From positions 322,565 through 354,564 of the forward strand of contig NC_010631.1 in assembly GCF_000020025.1 (NCBI RefSeq): a DNA stretch of 32,000 bases, given 5' to 3'. Below the pieces are notes generated by a model. That model did not search any database, was not told where the DNA came from, and saw nothing but the letters and a program-made list of their open reading frames with translations. Numbering within the stretch: position 1 is the first letter of the stretch; every line of letters starts with the position of its first letter. This stretch comes from Nostoc punctiforme PCC 73102 (GTDB taxonomy: Bacteria > Cyanobacteriota > Cyanobacteriia > Cyanobacteriales > Nostocaceae). Positions 1-8,767 of this stretch are shown in pieces. Made by a program: the position numbers and the translations under genes.

Positions 1-1
1 T

Positions 2-2425
2 CAAGGTGGAAATGACCGCATTGACGGCTTGAGTGGCGACGACATACTGAGGGGTGGTGCAGGGAATGATACTCTTATTGGTGGTGCAGGGAATGATACT
101 CTCATTGGTTATCAAGGCAATAATGCACTCATTGGTGACATTGGTGAAGACTATTTGAATGTTGATACTTCAACAGGCGATAACACTCTCAATGGTGGCA
201 TTGGTGACGATACTTTAAATGCTAGGGGAACAACAGGCAATAATTCCCTTTCTGGGGGCGATGGCAATGATTATCTTTCCACCTCTTCTTTTCCTATTTA
301 CAGCGGATACAGCTATATTGCCTCTTCAAGCAATAACACCCTTGACGGTGGTGCTGGTAACGATACATTGAATGCTGAGTCTCCATCCGGCGATAACTTA
401 CTCTCTGGAGGCGATGGCAATGATTATCTCTCTACCTCTGGTACTAAAAGTGATAATGGGCAGCTTAATTTTACCTCAGAGGGTAATAACACCCTCGATG
501 GTGGTGCTGGTGACGATCGCTTGTATGCTGATATTTCAACGGGTAATAACTTACTGTCTGGAGGCGATGGCAATGATACTCTCTCTACCTCTGGCACTTA
601 CACAAGAAACTCTTTTATCGTACCATCCTCTGGCAATAACACGCTCAATGGCGGCGCTGGTGACGATTACTTGTATGCTAGCGCTTCAACGGGCAGTAAC
701 TTTTTCTCTGGGGGCGATGGCAATGATTCTTTCTCTCTAAGCACCATATCTTCAGATGGTTCCCCCTCTAACTCTTATTTAGTGACTCAAACGGTAGACG
801 GAGGTAAGGGTGACGATTTGTTATCTTTCAATTTGTTACCTTTTCATGACAGCGACAGCAATGTTGCTGGAGGGATCATAACGACATTCAATCCAACTAC
901 AAACAAGGGAACAATTACTGCTGGTACGTATGGGGTTAATTACAAGAATATCGAAAAATTAAATATCTCAGGTACAGCCGACGATGACTTGATTTTGGGG
1001 AGCAATGGAAACGATACACTCTCCACAGGCAATGGTGGCAAAGATACGATAGATGGGGGTAAGGGTGACGATGTAATATCTATTGATTACAGTAATGCTA
1101 CAAGCAAAATCATAACAACATTCAATGCCACTACTAATACTGGCTTAATTACCGCAGGTACTTATCAGATTAGTTACAAGAATATTGAACGATTAAATAT
1201 CACAGGTACAGCCTACGATGACAACATTTTGGGCAACAATGGCAATGATACGCTCTCTACAGGCAGTGGTGGCAATGATACGATCAATGGCGGTCAAGGC
1301 GACGATATACTGTCAGTTGATTACTACACTAATACAACAGGTATTACAACGACATACAATACCACTACTAATGCTGGAGTAATTACAGCAGGCAGTAATC
1401 GGGTTAGTTACAAGAATATCGAACGATTAGATATCTCTGGCACAGTCTCCGATGACTATATTATAGGCAACAATGGCAACGATACGCTTTCCGGGGGCTA
1501 TGACGGTAATGATACGATTATTGGCGGTGCAGGAAATGATGTCGTGATAGGTGGGAAGGGTAATGACATTTTAACTGGTGGTGTCGGCAATGATAAATTT
1601 GTTTACGATCTTTTAGAGAGCAACTATGATACTGGTACTGATATAATCACAGATTTCGGTGGCATTGGTAAAGATTCAAATCCCTCACAAGCGGTAATTG
1701 CCTCCCTAGACACTTTGGAATTTATAGACAACAGTGGCTTCCGTCTATTTAGCGCTCAAAATCTGCAATTAACTCAAAATGGTAACAATTTAGAAATTAC
1801 CTTTGAAGATTTATTTAATAGCAGTAATAGCAAAGTCATTCTCCAAAATTTCCAACTAGAAAACCTCGATGGTGAGAATATTCTATTTCCTGGACAAACC
1901 ACCATCACCAACAGTATTGATGTGTTTGATGCTAATTCCACTCAAACTAGCCTGTTGAACAAAAACACTGTTACCTTCCTCAATGACCTCAACAACAACA
2001 TTACGGGTTTTGACAATTCCAATGATGTGGTGAATGGTCAAGGGGGTGACGATATCATCAACGGCTTAAGTGGTAACGATCTTTTGAGAGGTAATGCGGG
2101 AAATGATACTCTCATTGGTGGTGCGGGAAATGATACCCTTTACGGTGGTGCTGGCAATGATCTCCTCTATGGTGGCGCTGGCAGTGATATTCTCACGGGT
2201 GACAACGGTAACGATATCTTTGCTTTTGCTGCTGGGGAAGGTACTGATACGATTACTGATTTCACTAAAAATAATGATTTGATTGGACTGTATGGTGGTT
2301 TGAGCTTTGGGCAATTAAGTTTCTCAGGTAACAATATCCTGGTGACTTCTACGAATGAGATTTTGGCAACGCTGACTGGCATTAATACTACGACGCTGAC
2401 TGCTGTTAATTTCGTCACGCTTTAA
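2..2425 (+). CDS. RTX-type (hemolysin-type Ca-binding repeat) secreted protein, 5' end cut by window edge
   Basis: The frame is open from nt 2 ([14 protein letters not shown]...), so the TTG at 29 in the ORF track is not the true start. There are dozens of GGxGxD nonapeptide repeats, including a C-terminal block [37 protein letters not shown]. Stop TAA at 2423-2425. Confidence 0.85.
   Translation, partial: [807 protein letters not shown]
179..784 (+). repeat. Four tandem ~50-aa coding repeat units inside the RTX gene
   Basis: Units start (D/N)NTL(N/D)GG(A/I)G(N/D)D...SGGDGND(Y/T/S)(L/F)S at aa 51, 102, 153 and 203 of the tracked ORF. Confidence 0.75.
875..1576 (+). repeat. Three tandem 78-aa (234-nt) coding repeat units inside the RTX gene
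   Basis: [34 protein letters not shown]..., [34 protein letters not shown]... and [34 protein letters not shown]... start at nt 875, 1109 and 1343. Confidence 0.8.
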
Positions 2426-2468
2426 TGATCTCGATTTATGCAACGCCGACCTTAGTTGCATGAATCTG

Positions 2469-2500
2469 CAACTTTGATGCAGGTCGATGCATCAAAGTTG
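2469..2500 (+). terminator. Perfect 13-bp stem hairpin 44 nt after the RTX stop (no U-tract)
   Basis: caactttgatgca (2469-2481), loop ggtcga, tgcatcaaagttg (2488-2500). It is flanked by ccttagttgca / cctaagttgca direct repeats. It lies in the convergent gap between the RTX gene and the 2688-3740 gene. Confidence 0.3.
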
Positions 2501-2687
2501 TACCTAAGTTGCAAAAATGAGCTTACTTCTTTAACCTTGTTTAATCCTAGAGTGGCAAAGCTAGCTAGAGAAAAAACTTAAACGTAGTAAATTCGTTATT
2601 ATTGAAAATTTTGGTTTACCTATTTACGCATACTTCAATCATTAAAAATCTACTCTAGCAACTTTTACCACTCTAGCTTTTCTCACC

Positions 2688-3740
2688 TCACGGGCATCCG
2701 GGCATTATCATAAATTCTTGTAGTTCTGCGATGGCTATGCCCGCCGCAGGCATCGCAGAATTTAGAGATTTTTCATTTTGGGCGACGGACGCGGCGAAAC
2801 TTTCACCCTCATGATCCGCTTTCATTTCTACACCCGAAACTGAATTTTCAGTCATCAACTCAGCAGAGGGGCAACTCGGTTCTATTTTCTGATCTGCGAT
2901 CGCTGGAGTTGAAGAAAATTCATTTTCGGCAACGGGCGCGGCGGAATCAGTGCCTTCATGAGGGAATATCGCTTCAACGCCAGAGACTTGGTTCTCTGCC
3001 AACAGCGAAGCAGATTCACCCTGTACAGCTTCCACAAGCGCCAGCGATGTACAGTCATTCGCCGTAGGCGAGTCTTCCTCATTCTCTGACACGCCCTCGA
3101 CAGTCTGAGGCGAAGCGCCCCCCAAGGGCGCGTGAGCCGTCTTCTCAACTTGCAAAATCTCATTTAGCGTGTCAGAGACACAGCTAACGAACTCTTCAAA
3201 AGAGTTCGTTAGCTGTTCCTGAATAGTTCGTGAGGGTTTTTGAAACCCTTGCTCTGACTGGTCTTTAGCTAAAATAGACGCTTTATACAAAGCACGTATT
3301 TCTTCAGAGCCAGCATCTATCTCTGAATCCCCAGCATTTGGTTCTTGTTTTAGAGAATCTGGTTCTTGCTTTTCAGCATTAGCTTTCTCCCAAAATTCCT
3401 TCATCCGGCTACCATGCAAATTCTTCACCATCCAGCTAGCCGTTTCTCGGCCATCCTCTATGGACTTGTCGGGCTTGAAGATGAATAGCCCACTGTCGGA
3501 GAGAATTTTCTTCGCAGAGATAAAAGTAATGTAACCCATCGGAGTAGAAAGGGGCATCCACCGAGAACCATAAGGGTCAGCCGTCCAGCATTCCTGCCAT
3601 AGCTGATTAACTGATGGTTTTTGCTGCGATGCCCAGAGCATATCTTCGATGGGGATAATCACATGAAGTCTTTTATATGGGGATTCCTTTTTACTAGCAG
3701 CAGCCTTTTTCGGTTTGGGACGAGTAATAGTTGCAGTCAT
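2688..3740 (-). CDS. Hypothetical protein; paralog of 17482-18681 with a conserved N-terminal ~120 aa and an acidic repeat-containing tail
   Basis: MTATITRPKPKKAAASKKESPYK(R/K)LHVIIPI... is near-identical to the 399-aa copy. There is an AGGAGA RBS 7 nt before the ATG. The C-terminus diverges and is shorter than in the 399-aa copy. Confidence 0.7.
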   Translation of the reverse strand: MTATITRPKPKKAAASKKESPYKRLHVIIPIEDMLWASQQKPSVNQLWQECWTADPYGSRWMPLSTPMGYITFISAKKILSDSGLFIFKPDKSIEDGRETASWMVKNLHGSRMKEFWEKANAEKQEPDSLKQEPNAGDSEIDAGSEEIRALYKASILAKDQSEQGFQKPSRTIQEQLTNSFEEFVSCVSDTLNEILQVEKTAHAPLGGASPQTVEGVSENEEDSPTANDCTSLALVEAVQGESASLLAENQVSGVEAIFPHEGTDSAAPVAENEFSSTPAIADQKIEPSCPSAELMTENSVSGVEMKADHEGESFAASVAQNEKSLNSAMPAAGIAIAELQEFMIMPGCP

Positions 3741-3862
3741 TGTACAATCTCCTGTTTATGTTGACGCACGGAATTTTCCCTACAGCGTTGTTTACCGCCT
3801 TCGGCATCGCAGGGTTTAGTTCGATATTTGTTCGTCTAAAAAGTTACCGATACACTGGAAAC

Positions 3863-4975
3863 CTATTGAGCTTGCCAGAATCGCAATTCATCTCGAAAGT
3901 ACCTCTCAGTCTTCTTTGAGCGCTCTTTCCAACAATCCCAGGCAACCAGGAACTCTTCGCCTAAATCCTCTACAACTTCACCCCTCTCGACATACAAAGT
4001 GCGGTATGGATCAGCGTGGGCAACGATAGAACCAAGCCCGATTGTGTCCGGTTGAGAGGATGTGTTCTGGAGAGCAGTAATTAAATCAGTCTCTTGGGTT
4101 GTTAATTCCGCCCAGTAGTCCTGTTTGATTACCTCATACTCTTGCGCTACTGCCCAAAACTCTTGCCACATACACCCCGGTTTAACTAGCACTGCCCTAA
4201 TGTCGCTAACTGCCTGGGGTAGCATTTCCAGTTGTTCGGCTCGGTAAGCAATCGCTTCAGGAGTCGGACTACTGCCCAGAATTATCGCTGCGGCTTCGAG
4301 CGCTTGAGTGCTGTTCATGGCACTGGCAAGGTTTTTCAGTGCCATACCCATCAAGCGCAGACATTCTTGGGCGTTCTCTTTGGGTGGTTCAGCAGCTAGC
4401 GATCGCAGATCAATGGTTTTCTCTAGGGCAAGTTTGACCTGCTTGTTCAAAGCTTTAGTCGCTTGCTGGGTCATGGTATTTCCCCATTGTTGTGAAGGAT
4501 GTTGCTTTACAGCGTTTTCCAAATCTTGAATACGCTGTCTAAGCTGTTGGTTCTCAGTCTCCAACTGCCGTAATGATTCCATCTCATCCAATCGCTGCTG
4601 CAATTGAACGTTTTGCTCCCTTTGCTGCTTGTACAGGTTTTGCAAGGATGAGATTTGCTCTTGTACCTGGGCTTCGGCTTTAGCTCCTGCTTCTGCCTGT
4701 AGCCCAACTCTCAATTCCTGGGAAAGTCGCTCTAGTTCCTGTTTATGGCGTTCTTCAATAGCAGCGATCGCTTCGGTATATTCTGGTGAATATTTACGCT
4801 CTCTGGTAAAGGGAACGCTGGGTGCATCTAAATCAGCATTGTTGATCAACAACCTCTCGCCATCAACAAAAGTGACAATCTGCTGCTAGCGATTTGGCGC
4901 GTCTGCTGAGATCACTCCCGACTCTCCATAACGGAAATGTGAAAGGGAAGAAACAGTGACTAATCAGCAAATTAA
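3863..4975 (-). pseudogene. 5'-truncated, nonsense-interrupted paralog of the 524-aa coiled-coil protein at 18787-20361
   Basis: The 329-aa ORF (3863-4852) aligns to the C-terminal ~330 aa of the 524-aa protein. Upstream the frame reads ...RYGESGVISADAPNR*QQIVTFVDGERLLINN versus RYGESGVIEADAPNHWQQIVTFADGERLLINN, because TAG at 4886-4888 replaces TGG at 19810-19812. The first ~155 codons are absent. Confidence 0.75.
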
Positions 4976-5092
4976 TTCATTCAAGCGAAAAATTGTTTTT
5001 AAACACTCAAATCGAGACGGAATAGGGCAAAAAGCGAGTATTTTGTAAATAAGCTTAAATTTGCTTAAACAAACTCTATCGTAAATTTACTG

Positions 5093-5111
5093 AGACTGCT
5101 ATAGTCAGTCT
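5093..5111. promoter_or_regulatory. Imperfect palindrome upstream of the RHH gene (candidate operator)
   Basis: agactgcta / tagtcagtct is a near inverted repeat with one bulge, ~55 nt upstream of the ATG at 5165. Confidence 0.2.
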
Positions 5112-5164
5112 GGAATCCTGTCTTATATATTTGTAGCTTTATATAGGTACTATCTAGATTAACC

Positions 5165-5326
5165 ATGATGCAGATTAGTATCACAGACGACCTGAAGAAA
5201 CGCTTTCATGCTGCTTGTGCTTTGCGTGGGCTGAAGATGAGTCATGTCGTAGTGGAGATGATTGAGCAGTGGCTGAAAACTAATGAGGTACAATCATCTT
5301 CTCAAGTTTCAAGTGTAAAGCATTAA
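5165..5326 (+). CDS. Ribbon-helix-helix (CopG/Arc/ParG-like) small DNA-binding protein, 53 aa; not in the ORF track
   Basis: My translation is MMQISITDDLKKRFHAACALRGLKMSHVVVEMIEQWLKTNEVQSSSQVSSVKH*. It shows a beta-strand (ISITDDL) followed by two helices, which is the typical RHH pattern. Stop TAA at 5324-5326. Confidence 0.6.
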   Translation: MMQISITDDLKKRFHAACALRGLKMSHVVVEMIEQWLKTNEVQSSSQVSSVKH

Positions 5327-5476
5327 ATCAAAAGGTAGCAGAGCTTGAAGTGAGGATGGCAACGATAGAAGCATTGATAAAAGTCAGCTAATTCGAGACT
5401 AGTTGAGAAATCTTATGTCAGCATAAATCCCCACACCGAAACCTCAAAAAGAATTTTTTATTGAAAATTTGGCAAT

Positions 5477-5812
5477 ATGAAAATTGAAATCCAAGGAAAA
5501 GATGCGGTAAAAGCTACAGAGGAACTGTTAGCGATTGAGGGAATAGAGGGAAGCTATCAGACAATTGATGAAGTAGAACGGGAAGGAACAGTAGCCACAA
5601 TTGCAACCATAATTGGGATTGTCAGTGGCACATTTGCGATCGCAGAGAGTCTCCACAAGTGGAAGGAAAAATACCAAAAATCGCTATACGACCCAACAGG
5701 TGCAAGGATTGAGAAAGTTTTGATTGTCACACCTGATAATCATCGGCTGCTGCTCAAAGACGCAACAGTAGAGCAAATCCAAGCGATTTTGGAAAAATCT
5801 AAGAAAAAATGA
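5477..5812 (+). CDS. Small single-pass membrane protein (111 aa), translationally coupled to the CHAT-STAND gene
   Basis: A central hydrophobic helix TVATIATIIGIVSGTFAIA is flanked by charged soluble segments. The stop overlaps the downstream start (ATGA at 5809-5812). Confidence 0.7.
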   Translation: MKIEIQGKDAVKATEELLAIEGIEGSYQTIDEVEREGTVATIATIIGIVSGTFAIAESLHKWKEKYQKSLYDPTGARIEKVLIVTPDNHRLLLKDATVEQIQAILEKSKKK

Positions 5813-8706
5813 AAATTCTCCACATCAGCTTGAAAGAGCAAGGCAAGGATTACGTTTCTCTGCGTTATTTTTGGGATAATCCTTCAGATTATAAAGAACA
5901 TAAACTGTCTGTAGCTGAAATCAAGCAGTTGGGTGATAGAGCAGAAACCGACTACTATACCCGCTTACCTGTAGATTATTCTGTTACTGGGCAAGCACTG
6001 TACAATTGGCTAGACAAAAGCGATCGCCTCTTAGCTAATGCCCTCAATCACCCCCATCAACAAGGATTAGTAATAGCGATCGCCACAGACAAGGGACTAG
6101 CTCATCTGCCTTGGGAACTGCTGCATGATGGCAAGTGCTTTTTGGTAGAGAAAACGCCTCCGATTATTCCGGTGCGTTGGATGTCCAATGGTCAACCAAT
6201 AGTTACGGCTGATAATCCTCAAAATCGCCCTCTCAATGTGCTATTTATGGCGACCTCGCCCTTGGGGGTTGAACCGGAATTGGATTATGAAGCAGAGGAA
6301 GGGAAGATTTTGTCGGCAACCAAGCGCACTCCCGTTAATCTGAGAGTAGAAGAAAGTGGCTGTTTAAATGAATTGAGTTATGTGGTTCGGGAATATGAGG
6401 CAGGATATTTTGATGTTTTTCATTTAACAGGCCACGCTACTGTTAATGATAAAACGCCCTGCTTTCTGACTGAAGATGAATATGGCAATCGAGTTGATAG
6501 CAGTACGGACGCGATCGCAAAAGCCATGATGTTTCGTTTACCTGCGTTAGTCTTCCTATCTGGTTGCCGTACAGGTTATTCGTCAGAGGGTGCAGTTCCT
6601 TCGATGGCAGAAAAACTACTCAGCATGGGCGCAACTGCTGTTATTGGTTGGGGTGAGCGAGTCAAAGATACTGATGCGACTGCTGCTGCTGGTCAATTGT
6701 ATTGGGAGTTATCACAAGGAGGAACGCTAACACAAGCGATGGCTTCTACTTATCAAAAATCAATTGAGCAAAAAGTACCAGATTGGCATAAATTACGGCT
6801 GTATGCAGCAAATACTTTACCAGGAACGTTAGTAACTTCATTAAGAACTCCGAGACGCAAGCAACTACCTAAACCGTCTAATGAAGTGGAGTTCAGAGAT
6901 GATGAAAAACGCTTAAGGGTGACAACAAGAGAGAACTTTGTTGGTCGTCGCCGTCAATTACAAAACTGTTTGCGGACTCTAAAAACAGATTTTGACAAAG
7001 TAGGGATCTTAATTCACGGTATGGGAGGATGGGGAAAGAGTAGTATTGCCTCTCGACTATGGGATAGGTTGCCTGAACATGAAAAGATTCTTTGGTGGCA
7101 ACAAATTGATGAATCTTATTTAATTAAAAAACTAAAAGATAAATTAATTAATCCAAAGCAACTAGAATTAATACCTGATCTAGAAAATAGCAAAATCCCA
7201 CTTAAATCTCGATTAATTTACTTGTTTACTCAATTAGCAGAAACAGGAGAAAAATCATTTCTCTTAATTCTGGATGATTTTGAATGGAATCTTGAACCCC
7301 GTGAAGGGCAATATGTTCTTAAAGCTGAAGTAGCCCCGATTCTAGAAGCTTTAGTACAAGCAATCCAATCAACAGGAACTAATAATAGAATTATTATTAC
7401 CTGTCGTTATGATTTTGATTCTGACCTATTAGATTTTTTATATAAACAAGGTCTAGAACCATTTAAAAAAGCTGAGTTAACTAAAAAAGTTAGTCGCTTA
7501 GAAAATTTTAGCTCTGGCAAAATACCTGATAATTTACGGGAACGAGCGTTAAATTTAGCAGATGGTAATCCTCGGTTATTGGAATTCCTCAATGATGAAT
7601 TAAGCAATATAGATGTAGAAACGAGATTAACAAAACTAGAACAAAGTCCTGAATTATGGAAAGCTCAAATTATTTGGGAGGAGCTATATCGGCTAATTGA
7701 TGAGTTACTACAAAAGATTCTTAGCTATTGCTTAGTTTATGATATTCCTGTTCCAATGGTAGTTTTAGAAGCGGCTTGTGATCAGCTTCCTAATTATCAA
7801 CAGCAATTACAAACGGGGCTAAAACTGGGACTGATAGAAGTCAGCCCCGAACCAGACGAATCCAAACGGCTTTATCGAGTTTCACGTATTATTACCCACA
7901 TCATCCCCACTATCCGCCTCCCTGAAGCACCAAAAGTTTATTCTCTCTACCAGAAAGCTCATGAAAGATTACATCAATTGTGGGGGAATAAAGAAAACGA
8001 AAGCCAAGAAAAATGGCAAGAGATTTTTCGATTGAAGTTCGCTAACAAAGAAAATCCTGAACGATTCAGGCAAGGCTTTGATGAGATGTTGGCAGTTCAA
8101 TGTAATTTAGAAGCCGATAAAGCTTTTGAATCCGAATTGAGGAAAGTTGCCGATGACTTGGTAAAGGATGGACTATGTACTCAGTTGGAAAATTATCTTC
8201 AGCAGAAACAATGGCAAAAGGCAGATGAAGAAACTGCTTGGATTTTTTACCAAGTCATGGTTAAAGAAAACTACGAAGATTGGGAGGAACTGCTGAAGGA
8301 TTTCCCCTGTGAAACTCTCCGGGAAATCAATAGGCTCTGGCTTATTAGCAGTAACAATAGATTTGGCATCAGCATCCAAGCGGAAATTTACCAGAGTTTA
8401 GGTAGTCCAAGATATGACGTAGTACAATGGGATGCGTTTGGTGAGCGTATAGGTTGGAAACAATTAGATTGGTTGAGCAATAATGAGTTAATGGAAAAGT
8501 TCGGAAAAAATGGCCAAGGAGTGGAGAATTTGCCATCGCCGCCAGGGGCACTACCCGTTAAAATTTATACTCGTATTATTCTTCCCAAATTACTGCGGGG
8601 GGGTTCGTTTGAGTTATGGAGGGCTAGGGAGTGGGGGGGGTTTAAAGTTAGTGAGAGTGAAGGATTAATATTTCTCTTCTCTCGCGCCAAGACTTGTAGA
8701 GTGTAA
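5809..8706 (+). CDS. CHAT (caspase-like) protease - STAND P-loop NTPase - C-terminal GUN4-like domain protein
   Basis: CHAT dyad: FHLTGHA (His209, nt 6433-6435) and LSGCRTG (Cys253, nt 6565-6567). Walker A GMGGWGKS (nt 7018-7041); Walker B LLILDD (nt 7261-7278); IIITCRY follows. GUN4-like C-terminus (aa ~790-965): QQKQWQKADEETAWIFYQ...FPCETLREINRLWLISSNNRFGISIQAEIYQSLG...GERIGWK...PPGALP...LFSRAKTC. Confidence 0.85.
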   Translation: MKILHISLKEQGKDYVSLRYFWDNPSDYKEHKLSVAEIKQLGDRAETDYYTRLPVDYSVTGQALYNWLDKSDRLLANALNHPHQQGLVIAIATDKGLAHLPWELLHDGKCFLVEKTPPIIPVRWMSNGQPIVTADNPQNRPLNVLFMATSPLGVEPELDYEAEEGKILSATKRTPVNLRVEESGCLNELSYVVREYEAGYFDVFHLTGHATVNDKTPCFLTEDEYGNRVDSSTDAIAKAMMFRLPALVFLSGCRTGYSSEGAVPSMAEKLLSMGATAVIGWGERVKDTDATAAAGQLYWELSQGGTLTQAMASTYQKSIEQKVPDWHKLRLYAANTLPGTLVTSLRTPRRKQLPKPSNEVEFRDDEKRLRVTTRENFVGRRRQLQNCLRTLKTDFDKVGILIHGMGGWGKSSIASRLWDRLPEHEKILWWQQIDESYLIKKLKDKLINPKQLELIPDLENSKIPLKSRLIYLFTQLAETGEKSFLLILDDFEWNLEPREGQYVLKAEVAPILEALVQAIQSTGTNNRIIITCRYDFDSDLLDFLYKQGLEPFKKAELTKKVSRLENFSSGKIPDNLRERALNLADGNPRLLEFLNDELSNIDVETRLTKLEQSPELWKAQIIWEELYRLIDELLQKILSYCLVYDIPVPMVVLEAACDQLPNYQQQLQTGLKLGLIEVSPEPDESKRLYRVSRIITHIIPTIRLPEAPKVYSLYQKAHERLHQLWGNKENESQEKWQEIFRLKFANKENPERFRQGFDEMLAVQCNLEADKAFESELRKVADDLVKDGLCTQLENYLQQKQWQKADEETAWIFYQVMVKENYEDWEELLKDFPCETLREINRLWLISSNNRFGISIQAEIYQSLGSPRYDVVQWDAFGERIGWKQLDWLSNNELMEKFGKNGQGVENLPSPPGALPVKIYTRIILPKLLRGGSFELWRAREWGGFKVSESEGLIFLFSRAKTCRV

Positions 8707-8767
8707 CATATAAAGCTTTCACAAGTTTGTAAATATTTATCACACCCTTATTTCCCAATAATCAGCA

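Larger units (their letters stand above)
2688..4975. repeat. Left (decayed) copy of a ~2.3-kb segmental duplication; partner at 17482-19905, same orientation
   Basis: Both encoded proteins are paralogous to those of the right copy. An identical stretch tgtacaatctcctgtttatgttgacgcacggaattttccctaca follows the start of the 350/399-aa gene in both copies. Homology fades near 4975 / 19905. Confidence 0.85.

Noticed and set aside
372-2418. ORF-track entries inside the RTX gene in other frames or on the other strand (372-740 +, 2066-2314 -, 2094-2282 +, 2167-2418 -).
   Set aside because: They lie wholly within the strongly supported RTX frame. Their low-complexity translations are by-products of the repetitive GGxGxD coding sequence.
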